From: Macrostomum hystrix
Lineage: Eukaryota > Animalia > Platyhelminthes
Reading direction: 5' to 3'
DNA length: 64,000 nt
Assembly (NCBI GenBank): GCA_950097015.1
Contig: CATNEN010000011.1
Location: 5,704,001 to 5,768,000, forward strand
Shown one piece after another: positions 12,294 to 24,384 of the stretch (position 1 is its first letter; every line of letters starts with the position of its first letter). The notes beneath the pieces are model-generated. The model did not search any database. It worked only from the letters and a program-made list of their open reading frames with translations, and had not been told where the DNA came from. The position numbers and the translations under genes are program-made.

Positions 12294-15200
12294 ATGGTAA
12301 GTGCGAAACAATATTGCTATTTAGCTAGTACCTATATACTATAACTAACCAATTGAATCAAGAAATCCTTATACTTTTATGTATATTCTGTTACCCATCT
12401 AACTTACACACCCTAGCAATTTTTGTCGAAAAAATAAAACTGTGTTTCAGCCTGTCAGATTGATACAAATTCTAAAACATTCAGCTTTTGAGCAGCCAAA
12501 AATATGATTCTTAAACTTGCAAACTGATAATTTTTTAATTTACCTAACCTTCTCTTATTTTATTCGAATTAGCCTGAATTCAACACAGTCACTTAGGAAG
12601 TTTATTCGATTTGTTGGTAAAAAAATGTCAGATTCTAATTTTGTTGTGTATCCCACAAATTTTGCTCAGCTTCTTTTTTCTTTTCTTTGCCAGGTAGTAT
12701 AATAAATGTGCTTTAATTTGTATTTAAGTGCACAGTCTTGTTAGGTTAGCACTTTGCTGATTATATTGAAATATTTAAACAAGTGCATTATTTAATTCTA
12801 AAAGTTTTACAGCTGAATTATTAAATTTCTGAGAAAATTTTTGCTATAAGATATGTCTGATGCACTTTAAGTACTAATGAACCAAAAAAGTAAAAAATCT
12901 TTTTTATAAAAAGTATGCTAAAAACTGTTAGGATAAAAAAATTACAAATTTATTAGTTGCACTTTATCAACTAGTTAGATTGTTAGAATGTCGTCACACA
13001 GTTTTGCTGTTGTAGTCCAAGTGCTGCCTTCATTTTATAAATCAAATAGTTTTCCTACTAATGTTTTTCTTTTTTATTGTGACAGCAAACAGTCGCTGTT
13101 GTTTAGTTCCTATTTTTTTCAATTACAAAATGCTTGCTTAAAGTTTTTAATGTAAAAGAAAAGTTTTGTTGAATAAAATCGAGCTACTAATAATGAGATA
13201 GTTGAATGCTAGATCTTAGTTTAAAGTTTTAAACGAGAGTGACCCGTCACCAGAGAGTGACCCGTCACGAGAGAGTGACCCGTCACCAGAGAGTGACCCG
13301 TCACGAGAGAGTGACCCGTCACGAGAGTGACCCGTCACCAGAGAGTGACCCGTCACGAGAGAGTGACCCGTCACCAGAGAGTGACCCGTCACGAGAGAGT
13401 GACCCGTCACCAGAGAGTGACCCGTCACGAGAGTGACCCGTCACCAGAGAGTGACCCGTCACCAGAGAGTGACCCGTCACCAGAGAGTGACCCGTCACCA
13501 GAGTGACCCGTCACGACAGAGTGACCCGTCACGAGAGAGAGTTACCCGTCACCAGAGAGTGACCCGTCACGAGAGAGTGACCCGTCACCAGAGAGTGACC
13601 CGTCACGAGAGAGTGACCCGTCACGAGAGTGACCCGTCACGAGAGTGACCCGTCACCAGAGAGTGACCCGTCACCAGAGAGTGACCCGTCACCAGAGAGT
13701 GACCCGTCACCAGAGTGACCCGTCACGACAGAGTGACCCGTCACGACAGAGTGACCCGTCACGAGAGAGTGACCCGTCACCAGAGAGTGACCCGTCACGA
13801 GAGAGTGACCCGTCACGAGAGTGACCCGTCACGAGAGTGACCCGTCACCAGAGAGTGACCCGTCACCAGAGAGTGACCCGTCACCAGAGAGTGACCCGTC
13901 ACCAGAGAGTGACCCGTCACCAGAGTGACCCGTCACGACAGAGTGACCCGTCACGACAGAGTGACCCGTCACGAGAGAGAGTTACCCGTCACCAGAGAGT
14001 GACCCGTCACGAGAGAGTGACCCGTCACTAGAATTGAATTACGTTTCGAGTTAGTTATGTTTCGAGTTAGTCTCTTCCTATTGTTAGTAGCATCTTCGGC
14101 GTTTATTCTGCGAATTAAATTTTTTTAACTAACTTTAAGTCCTTTATGTAGCAGAAAGAATAGCTGTAATAAATTATTTCTCATCCTATCTCATCCCACT
14201 CCCAGTTCCCCAGGAAGCCCTGATCTATCTGGGTGTAGTCCTGGGTCTTGTGTTTGCCCTCATCCTATTCGGCCTGTACCTCTATCGCCTGTTGTGCTTC
14301 GCCCACACCGCCGGGCTGAGATGCCTGGACGGCAAACCGACTGCCTCCGTCAGCGGCAGAGGCGGCGCGGCCGGCAGGACCTTTGACAGCGCCGCTAACG
14401 CCAGGAACTCTTCCAATTTCACCAGCCAGTCGAAAAAGCAGAGAGATGAACAAGGCGCTGAATCGGTTAGACTGCTAAAAAGCAACAACGGTGAGGCCTC
14501 TTAATCTGTTTCTTCTCTACTGCTTTGTCCCTTAATGCATTTCTACCCTGCTGCTTGGTCTCTTAATCTGCTTCTTCCCTGCTGTCTTGTATCTAAATCC
14601 GTTTCTACGCTGACGCCAAGTCTTTTGTTATTTCCCCCAGGCACTGATAGAAGATTTGAAGCGGAAAATTCGTCAGAATCAGAAGTAGAATTTCGTCAGC
14701 CTACCAGTCAGGATGTCCGATGTCAGAATGTCGATGAATCGACAGGCTTGTTCCTCTCCACAGATGCTGAAAGCACCGAGCAGCAGGTGGTAAAACCGAA
14801 GTCGAAACCAGGCATTGCATCGCATAAGGATGCACAATCAGCGAATGTGGCTATTTTAGATGTAAGTGCGTCAACAATGGGATAATTGACTCGTTGGTCA
14901 AGTAGGTTGGGAATGGGATAATTGACTCGTTGGTCAAGTAGGTTGGGAAATGGGATAATTGACTCGTTGGTCAAGTAGGTTGGGAAATAGGATAATTGAC
15001 TCGGTGGTCAAGTGGCTTTGGGGAATGGGATAATTGACTCGTTGGTCAAGTGGCTTTGGGGAATGGGATAACCCGGATAATTGACTCGTTGGTCAGGTAG
15101 GTTGGGAATGGGATAATTGACTCGTTGGTCAAGTAGGTTGGGGAATGGGATAATTGACTCGGTGGTCAAGTGGCTTTGGGGAATGGGATAATTGAATCGT

Positions 15201-18200
15201 TTGGTCAAGTAGGTTGGGGAATGGGATAATTGACTCGTTGGTCAGGTAGGTTGGGAATGGGATAATTGACTCGGTGGTCAAGTAGGTTGGGGAATGGGAT
15301 AATTGACTCGTTGGTCAAGTGGCTTTGGGGAATGGGATAACCCGGATAATTGACTCGTTGGTCAGGTAGGTTGGGAATGGGATAATTGACTCGTTGGTCA
15401 AGTAGGTTGGGAATGGGATAATTGACTCGTTGGTCAAGTGGCTTTGGGGAATGGGATAATTGACTCGTTGGTCAAGTAGGTTGGGAATGGGATAATTGAC
15501 TCGTTGGTCAAGTAGGTTGGGAATGGGATAATTGACTCGTTGGTCAAGTAGGTTGGGAATGGGATAATTGACTCGTTGGTCAAGTAGGTTGGGAATGGGA
15601 TAATTAACTCGGTGGTCAAGTAGGTTGGGAATGGGATAATTGACTCGGTGGTCAAGTAGGTTGGGAATGGGATAATTGACTCGTTGGTCAAGTAGGTTGG
15701 GAATGGGATAATTGACTCGGTGGTCAAGTAGGTTGGGAATGGGATAATTGACTCGGTGGTCAAGTAGGTTGGGAATGGGATAATTGACTCGTTGGTCAAG
15801 TAGGTTGGGAATGGGATAATTGACTCGTTGGTCAAGTGGCTTTGGGGAATGGGATAATTGAATCGTTTGGTCAAGTAGGTTGGGAAATGGGATAATTGAC
15901 TCGGTGGTCAAGTAGGTTGGGAAATGGGATAATTGACTCGGTGGTCAAGTGGCTTTGGGGAATGGGATAATTGACTCGTTGGTCAAGTAGGTTGGGAAAT
16001 GGGATAATTGACTCGGTGGTCAAGTAGGTTGGGAAATGGGATAATTGACTCGGTGGTCAAGTGGCTTTGGGGAATGGGATAATTGAATCGTTTGGTCAAG
16101 TAGGTTGGGGAATGGGATAATTGACTCGTTGGTCAGGTAGGTTGGGAATGGGATAATTGACTCGGTGGTCAAGTAGGTTGGGGAATGGGATAATTGACTC
16201 GTTGGTCAAGTGGCTTTGGGGAATGGGATAACCCGGATAATTGACTCGTTGGTCAGGTAGGTTGGGAATGGGATAATTGACTCGTTGGTCAAGTAGGTTG
16301 GGAATGGGATAATTGACTCGTTGGTCAAGTGGCTTTGGGGAATGGGATAATTGACTCGTTGGTCAAGTAGGTTGGGAATGGGATAATTGACTCGTTGGTC
16401 AAGTAGGTTGGGAATGGGATAATTGACTCGTTGGTCAAGTAGGTTGGGAATGGGATAATTGACTCGTTGGTCAAGTAGGTTGGGAATGGGATAATTGACT
16501 CGGTGGTCAAGTAGGTTGGGAATGGGATAATTGACTCGGTGGTCAAGTAGGTTGGGAATGGGATAATTGACTCGTTGGTCAAGTAGGTTGGGAATGGGAT
16601 AATTGACTCGGTGGTCAAGTAGGTTGGGAATGGGATAATTGACTCGGTGGTCAAGTAGGTTGGGAATGGGATAATTGACTCGTTGGTCAAGTAGGTTGGG
16701 AATGGGATAATTGACTCGTTGGTCAAGTGGCTTTGGGGAATGGGATAATTGAATCGTTTGGTCAAGTAGGTTGGGAAATGGGATAATTGACTCGGTGGTC
16801 AAGTAGGTTGGGAAATGGGATAATTGACTCGGTGGTCAAGTGGCTTTGGGGAATGGGATAATTGACTCGTTGGTCAAGTAGGTTGGGAAATGGGATAATT
16901 GACTCGGTGGTCAAGTAGGTTGGGAAATGGGATAATTGACTCGGTGGTCAAGTGGCTTTGGGGAATGGGATAATTGAATCGTTTGGTCAAGTAGGTTGGG
17001 AAATGGGATAATTGACTCGGTGGTCAAGTAGGTTGGGAAATGGGATAATTGACTCGGTGGTCAAGTAGGTTGGGAAATGGGATAAGTGACTCGGTGGTCA
17101 AGTAGGTTGGGAAATGGGATAATTGACTCGGTGGTCAAGTAGGTTGGGAAATGGGATAAATTGCCCGTGGATCAACAGGGGCAGGCAGCAATTGGACATG
17201 ACGTCATCACTCCAATAAATCCGATCCCCAGACCTCGTCGAATCAAGAGGCCGGAGCGGATCCCGGGGCGTCGGCAGCTTGGATTGAGATCAGCCTGAAG
17301 CACCGATGCAACAGGGAACAGTCAGACGGAACTCTGGAGATTGTCGTCCTGCGCGCCGCGGGCATCTTGACCGTGTCCACAGACCATGGACAGCACCGGG
17401 TGAGCTTCGATCAAGCTGATGAAACGGCTGGCGGCGATCCGGCATCCGCCCAGATCATCGCCTCCCTGACTGTGGCCGACACTGACGACGAATTTGGAAG
17501 ACGCCTTCGAACTAAAACAGTTGGCATCGGCGCGAGCGCTGGCGGTGTCTCAGTCTTTGGCGACCTGCTGACCTTCGAGGGCGTCAGCTGCTGTGAGCCA
17601 ACCTGCAATGATCCCAGTTTCATAGTGCGAGTAGATTGATCCCAGTTCCATTGTAGATTGATCCCAGTTCCACAGCAGATTGATCCCAGTTCCACACTAG
17701 ATTGATCCCAGTTCGATAGTAGATTGATCCCAGTTCCATTGTAGATTGATCCCAATTCCATAATAGATTGATCCCAGTTCCACAGTAGATTGATCACAGT
17801 TCCATTGTAGATTGATCCCAGTTCCACAGCAGATTGATCCCAGGTCCATAGTAGATTGATCCCATTTCCACAGCAGTTTGATCCCATTTTAATCCCATCT
17901 CGATCATTATCCCGTATTCCTCATCCTCTCGCTCCGCAGCCGCTCTGCAGTCGCTGTCTCTGCGCCTTCGGCTGTACACCTGCCAGTGCCTCGGTGCCCG
18001 ACGGCGCCTCCTGGCTGCAGCCAGCCTGACTCCGCCTGCGATGCAGCTTGCCGCAGCTTGCCAGCTCACAATGCAGCCGATGTCTGCGTGGCAGCCCAGC
18101 TGCTCCTCCTCTGCAGCTGCTGCTAGTCAAGATGAGACAGCTGCAACTGTCCGATTGCCTCTTTTGCCACCTACATTTGAGCTCTCTGCTGGAGTAGGTC

Positions 18201-21200
18201 TTGATTTTATTAGTTTTCTTTCGTTTTTATTGTCGTGATTTGACACTATCGTCAGATCAACTGTAACTCTCTCAGATTTTTTCTGTCACTCTCCAAGATC
18301 ATCTGATCGTATCTCTCACTCTCCCAGATTATCAGATCGTATCTGTCACTCTCCCAGATCATCAGATCGTATCTGTCACTCTCCAAGATCATCAGATCGT
18401 ATCTCTCACTCTCCCAGATCATCAGATCGTATCTCTCACTCTCCCAGGTCATCAGATCGTATCTGTCACTCTCCAAGATCATCAGATCGTATCTGTCACT
18501 CTCCCAGATCATCAGATCGTATCTGTCACTCTCCAAGATCATCAGATCGTATCTGTCACTCTCCCAGATCATCAGATCGTATCTGTCACTCTCCAAGATC
18601 ATCAGATCGTATCTCTCACTCTCCCAGATCATCAGATCGTATCTCTCACTCTCCCAGATCATCAGATCGTATCTGTCACTCTTCCAGATCATCAGATCGT
18701 ATCTGTCACTCTTCCAGATCATCAGATCGTATCTGTCACTCTCCCAGATCATCAGATCGTATCTGTCACTCTCCCAGATCATCAGATCGTATCTCTCACT
18801 CTCCCAGATCATCAGATCGTATCTGTCACTCTCCCAGATCATTAGATCGTATCTGTCACTCTCCCAGATCATCAGATCGTATCTGTCACTCTCCCAGATC
18901 GTCAGATCGTATCTGTCACTCTCCCAGATCATCAGATCGTATCTGTCACTCTTCCAGATCATCAGATCGTATCTGTCACTCTTCCAGATCATCAGATCGT
19001 ATCTCTCACTCTCCCAGGTCATCAGATCGTATCTGTCACTCTCCAAGATCATCAGATCGTATCTCTCACTCTCCCAGATCATCAGATCGTATCTCTCACT
19101 CTCCAAGATCATCAGATCGTATCTCTCACTCTCCCAGATCATCAGATCGTATCTGTCACTCTCCAAGATCATCAGATCGTATCTGTCACTCTCCCAGATC
19201 ATCAGATCGTATCTGTCACTCTCCAAGATCATCAGATCGTATCTCTCACTCTCCCAGATCATCAGATCGTATCCGTCACTCTCCAAGATCATCTGATCGT
19301 ATCTCTCACTCTCCCAGATCATCAGATCGTATCTGTCACTCTCTCCGATCATAAGATCGTATCTGTCACTCTCCTTAGATCATAAGACCGTATCTGTCAC
19401 TCTCCCAGATCATCAGATCGTATCTGTCACTCTCCCAGATCATCAGATCGTATCTGTCACTCTTCCAGATCATCAGATCGTATCTGTCACTCTTCCAGAT
19501 CATCAGATCGTATCTGTCACTCTCCCAGATCATCAGATCGTATCTCTCACTCTCCCAGGTCATCAGATCGTATCTGTCACTCTCCAAGATCATCAGATCG
19601 TATCTCTCACTCTCCCAGATCATCAGATCGTATCTCTCACTCTCCAAGATCATCAGATCGTATCTCTCACTCTCCCAGATCATCAGATCGTATCTGTCAC
19701 TCTCCAAGATCATCAGATCGTATCTGTCACTCTCCCAGATCATCAGATCGTATCTGTCACTCTCCAAGATCATCAGATCGTATCTCTCACTCTCCCAGAT
19801 CATCAGATCGTATCTGTCACTCTCCAAGATCATCTGATCGTATCTCTCACTCTCCCAGATCATCAGATCGTATCTGTCACTCTCTCCGATCATAAGATCG
19901 TATCTGTCACTCTCCTTAGATCATAAGACCGTATCTGTCACTCTCCCAGATTATCAAATCGTATCTGTCACTCTCCTTAGATCATAAGACCGTATCTGTC
20001 ACTCTCCCAGATCATCAAATCGTATGTGTCACTCTTCCAGATCATCAAATCGTATCTCTCACTCTCCCAGATCATCAGATCGTATCTGTCACTCTCCCAG
20101 ATCATAAGACCATATCTGTCACTCTCCCAGTTCATAAGACCGTATCTGTCACTCTCCCAGCTCATAAGACCGTATCTGTCACTCTCCCAGTTCATAAGAC
20201 CGTATCTGTCACTCTCCCAGATCATAAGATCGTATCTGTCACTCTCCCAGATCATCAAATCGTATGTGTCACTCTCCCAGATCATCAAATCGTATGTGTC
20301 ACTCCTAGGCATCTGGTCATGCCTGTCACTCTGTAAAGTATTTACTGGTTGCATTTTTGCCTCATTTTGTCATTTTTTAACAGGGTTCCGACACGGGCTT
20401 CTCAGAGATCTCAAGTCTGGCCGGCCCAAGTGGAAATGGTGTCGGCCGTGAAGCTGCCAGCTTCAACACTGCGGCTCTTGGCGACGCTACCGACTCTCTG
20501 AGCAGCCTGATGGGACAGGCTGAACTTTTCCTTGGCCTAACCTACAACTCACTGACTGGCCAGCTGGGTATTGAGGTGCTCAAGGGCAGCGGATTGAGGC
20601 CGCAAAAATCTACGGGAAGACCGCCAGGTGAGTAACTGGGTGCGTTCTGATTGGCTGTCTTATTCAATGACGTGTCCAGTTCAGCTAGCTGATCTCTGAT
20701 TGGCTGCCGTAGTCAATTAGTTTGTCCAGTTCAACTTTCTTAGACAACGAGCCTGTCCAGTTCAACTTGCTAGTCTCTGATTTGCTGTCGTAGTCAATAA
20801 CGGGTTTAGTTCAACTTCCTAACCTCTGATTGGCTGCCGCGTGAGTATGTCCAGTTCACCTAGCTAATCTCTGATTAACTGCCTTAGTCAATGACGTTTC
20901 CAGTTCAACTTTCTAACCTCTGATTGGCTGCCGCGTCAATGAGTATGCTTAATTTAACTAGCTGATCTCTGATTGGCTGCCGCGTGAGTATGTCCATTTC
21001 AACTTGCTAATCTCTGATTGGCTGTCTTAGTCAATGAGTGTGTCCAGTTTGCCTAGCTGATCTGTGATTATTTTATTAATTTCTCCTAGCTTTGCAACCA
21101 TGCCCGCAGACACTCTGGTGAAGCTGTGCCTGGAGTCTGCCTCATCTGGTCAGCCGATGTTTCGCTCCAAGACCAGCTGCGCCACCGGTACGCCGCACCC

Positions 21201-22229
21201 GATGTGGAAGGATAATTTTGTATTTCCGGTGAACAAATTTCTGCTGGTTGACGTCACAGTTTTTGCCTGCGTCTACGCTAGAAAACCAATTCTCAGCCGG
21301 CTGGAACTGGTCGGCTGGGTGGCTTTGGGTGAGGCGCGCCTGCACTTTTCTGTCTTTTATCAGTAGGAATGCTAACAGCGTTGAGTGGTGACTGATTGGT
21401 TGACAGACTAGGCGAGAGTGTCATGTGGTTCAGCTGCGCCTAATACTTAGGCTTGATCAGTGAAATTGGAGAAATTCGAGTCAGGGTGTCCATAATGGCC
21501 TAGTTTCACCTGTTGTAGCCCTTGAAGGTCCAGCAGTCCGTCTAGATAAAGGTAGGTGACAACCGAAGACTGAGATGATGCAGGCACATTCGGGTGACAT
21601 GCTGATCAATTTTGAAGGCCTGGCAAGTCCGCACTGAGGCGCAGTGCTAATTCGTGTATAGTTGTGAAGTACACTAGCACTTAAGGCAAAAATCTGACCT
21701 TCGACCAGAACCATTGAATATCTCGACGGTATGAAGAGCTGGCGACTTGATTATTGTTTCAGAAAGTTGGCCCATGTACTTGAGTTTCGTGTGCTTGCGT
21801 TGCTCCGTTCGGGTGCAGCACAGAAAATTTTCAGGGGAGGAATTTCGCCCTTCCTTGGTACTTCTACTGTTAAATGAAAACGTTTATAATTTAGAGTTTT
21901 ATCGATAATTAACTTTCCGATATGTATAGAAAAAAGCATTGATAAGGTTGAAAATGCACATTTGAAATATAGCTTTCTGCACAGCTGTCCTGGAGTCAGA
22001 TAATTTATAAAAATCGATTTCAGTGATTCGTAAAACAAAATTTGTAGCCTTTTTGTTTTTTATTTGGTAGCCGATATGTATCGAAAAAACGTTTTTTAAT
22101 CTAGGTCGCAAAAGCAGCGGCGAAGAGGAGCGCTCCCATTGGCAGGACATGCTGGACGCTGGCGGCTCTCAGACTTGTCGCTGGCACAGACTGCTAACTC
22201 CGGGCGCCTACTCGGGACCAAAGCCATGA
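12294..22229 (+). CDS. Synaptotagmin-14/16-like protein (N-terminal TM, two C2 domains, predicted Ca2+-independent), ~567 aa
   Basis: Exons 12294-12296 (ATG only, tentative), 14214-14490, 14641-14861, 17232-17592, 17940-18193, 20384-20627, 21110-21328, 22105-22229, phases consistent. TM EALIYLGVVLGLVFALILFGLYL. C2B ELFLGLTYNSLTGQLGIEVLKGS..RPPDTLVKL..PMWKDNFVF..ELVGWVALG. C-terminus SSGEEERSHWQDM..QTCRWHRLL is typical of SYT14/16. Confidence 0.88.
13234..14028. repeat. Intronic minisatellite, 16/18-bp unit GAGAGTGACCCGTCAC(CA/GA)
   Basis: Tandem repetition; same family as 9583-9945 in inverted orientation. Confidence 0.95.
14877..17160. repeat. Intronic minisatellite, ~36-bp unit GGGAATGGGATAATTGACTCGTTGGTCAAGTAGGTT, with an 891-bp higher-order duplication
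   Basis: Fills SYT intron 14862-17231; ORF pairs offset by exactly 891 bp are nearly identical. Confidence 0.95.
17625..17895. repeat. Intronic minisatellite, 22-bp unit GTAGATTGATCCCAGTTCCATT
   Basis: Fills SYT intron 17593-17939. Confidence 0.9.
18250..20325. repeat. Intronic minisatellite, 30-bp unit TCAGATCGTATCTGTCACTCTCCCAGATCA
   Basis: Fills SYT intron 18194-20383; contains a 541-bp block duplication. Confidence 0.95.
20640..21065. repeat. Intronic ~48-bp tandem array carrying inverted CCAAT boxes (CTCTGATTGGCTG)
   Basis: About 8 diverged units, about 6 with intact GATTGGCTG; fills SYT intron 20628-21109. Confidence 0.8.
21540..21818. repeat. Dispersed repeat of unknown class, copy 2 (no hAT insertion at its GTCTAGAT site)
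   Basis: Aligns with 318-589; lies in the last SYT intron. Confidence 0.85.
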
Positions 22230-22436
22230 TCTTGCTGGAGAGATTGAAATTTTTGATAAGAATTGTTTTTATGTAAGCAGCAGCTACTTACAACAGCCTC
22301 TTCGGAGTATTTAACGATTTTTCGCATTCTACTTTGAAAAAAAAACGTTCCTTTTATTCTTTAACTTGAGCTCAGTTTGTGATTTTTTTAACGAGCCAGG
22401 TAATCATGGGTGAGATAAGAGGAGAGAGAGGGTGAA

Positions 22437-22719
22437 TTAATAATAATAATAATAATGGATTTACCCTGCCCCAATTGGGCCAGATGTGCAGCCGACAGCG
22501 CAGCCGCAGCTATTACGCGTGGACCATGGACTGTGTCCCCATGGACTGTGGGGACGCCACACCCCAGCAAATGCTGGTACCCATTTAACAGCAGGGTGAA
22601 CTGAAGCAATGCAGAGTTAATTGTCTTGCTATAGGACGCAAATTGTTTCCGTGGAGTCGAGAATCGAACCACCGACCTTCACGTCGTGAATCCGACGCCC
22701 TAACCACTAGGCTACAACC
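22437..22719 (-). mobile_element. Full-length tRNA-derived SINE, family A
   Basis: Minus strand shows A box TAGCCTAGTGG, B box GGTTCGATTC, central GCTTCAGTTCACCCTGCTGTTAAATGGGTACC and an (ATT)n tail; homologous to 62085-62372 and 55445-55689. Confidence 0.85.
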
Positions 22720-23524
22720 TCTTGTAGAGTGGGTGAGATTAGAGGAGAGAAATTCTGTGATTGGAGGAGAGAGATAACAGGAGTATCTGAAAGAGTTAGA
22801 GAGAAAGGTGAGAGGTGAGAATGAATGAGGTAGTTTTTACTAAATGCCTGAATGTATTTAATTTAATGTTGCACATTCAGTGTTAAAATTGTCACGATTC
22901 CGCACTATCTGTCAATTGTTGTTTTAAATATATATTTTATTTTTATTTCAAAATAACATGAATGTTCTGTTAGATTGTTGAGTACGTACGCTTGAGTTAT
23001 TTCAGTCCAATGCGCTCGTTGTGTGAAAGTATTATTTTTTTTCGTTTTTTGTTTGCGGTTATTCTTAAATAGTTCTTAAATACCTATATTTGCGCTAGGA
23101 ATCTAAAATTGTACAGAAAGTTTGAAAGAAAGTATATTTTCCTAATTCCTGAGGCAATTTTTTTGACGAGAATTTCCATAGACTATTGCCATATTTTCAT
23201 CTTTGAAAGCCTGCTAATTGCCCTAACTTGTGCTCTCAAAGTCGTGTCTCATTAACTAGTGTACTGTATATGCACACTATTGTCAGTGTTTTTACCTTTG
23301 CATAATCTGACACACCAGGTACTCGTGTTTGTGATACTGTCACTATTTTTACTCTTCAATATAAACTATATGTCGGCGTATAAAGTAGTTGAGTTTTGTT
23401 TTTTTTTTATTTTACTGTCAATAATAAACTCTAAAATGTAAATATTCAGTACCGTCTTAATTTTGCAAATATTTTTCATCTGCCTTTTAAAAGGCTATTG
23501 AGCTTGCAAGTAGACAGTAAGGAC

Positions 23525-24240
23525 GAGAACGTAAGGCACCGAAGGCGAGAGTAGACACTATAATAGAGATAGGACTATAAGGGCGAGAGAGTAGACACTA
23601 TGGGCGTGAGAGTAGACACCAGGGGCGAGAGAGTAGACACCATGGACGACAGAGTAGACACCACGGACGAGAGAGTAGACAACAGGGGCGAGAGAGTAGA
23701 CACTGGTCGAGAGAGTAAACGTGAATGGCGAGAGAGTAGACACCAAGGGCGAGAGATTAGGCACTATGGGCGAGAGAGTAGACGCGAATAACAAGAGAGT
23801 AGACACCAAGGGCGAGAGAGTAGACACCATGGGCAAGAGAGTAGACACTATGTGCGAGAGAGTAGACACCAGGGGCGAGAGAGTAGACACCATGGGCGAG
23901 AGAGTAGACACTATGGGCGAGAGAGTAGACACCAGGGGCGAGAGAGTAGACACTGTTCGAGAGAGTAAACGTGAATGGCGAGAGACTAGACACCAAGGGC
24001 GAGAGATTAGACACTATGGACGAAGAGAGTAGACGCGAATAACAAGAGAGTAGACACCAAGGGCGAGAGAGTAGACACCAAGGGCGAGAGAGTAGACACC
24101 ATGGGCGAGAGATTAGACACCATGGGCGAGAGAGTAGACACCAGGGGCGAGAGAGTAGACACCATGGGCGAGAGAGTAGACACCATGGGCGAGAGAGGAG
24201 ACACCATGGGCGAGAGAGGAGACGCGAATGGCGAGAGAGT
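23525..24240. repeat. Intergenic minisatellite, ~21-bp unit GGGCGAGAGAGTAGACACCAT
   Basis: Tandem repetition immediately upstream of LACTB. Confidence 0.9.
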
Positions 24241-24384
24241 GATATTCACAAAAGTTGATATAATATAGAGAGTTATGACTGCGAATATTAAGAAAGAAAC
24301 ACGAGTAAGAGCAAGAAACGAACATTAGAGTCAATCATTCTTCAATTATAATATTTTACTAGCAAGCGGACAGGCAGCCCAGCC

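Noticed and set aside
14877-20325. CRISPR-like appearance of the 30-36-bp repeat arrays
   Set aside because: Units are head-to-tail with no unique spacers, there are no cas genes, and the context is eukaryotic introns.
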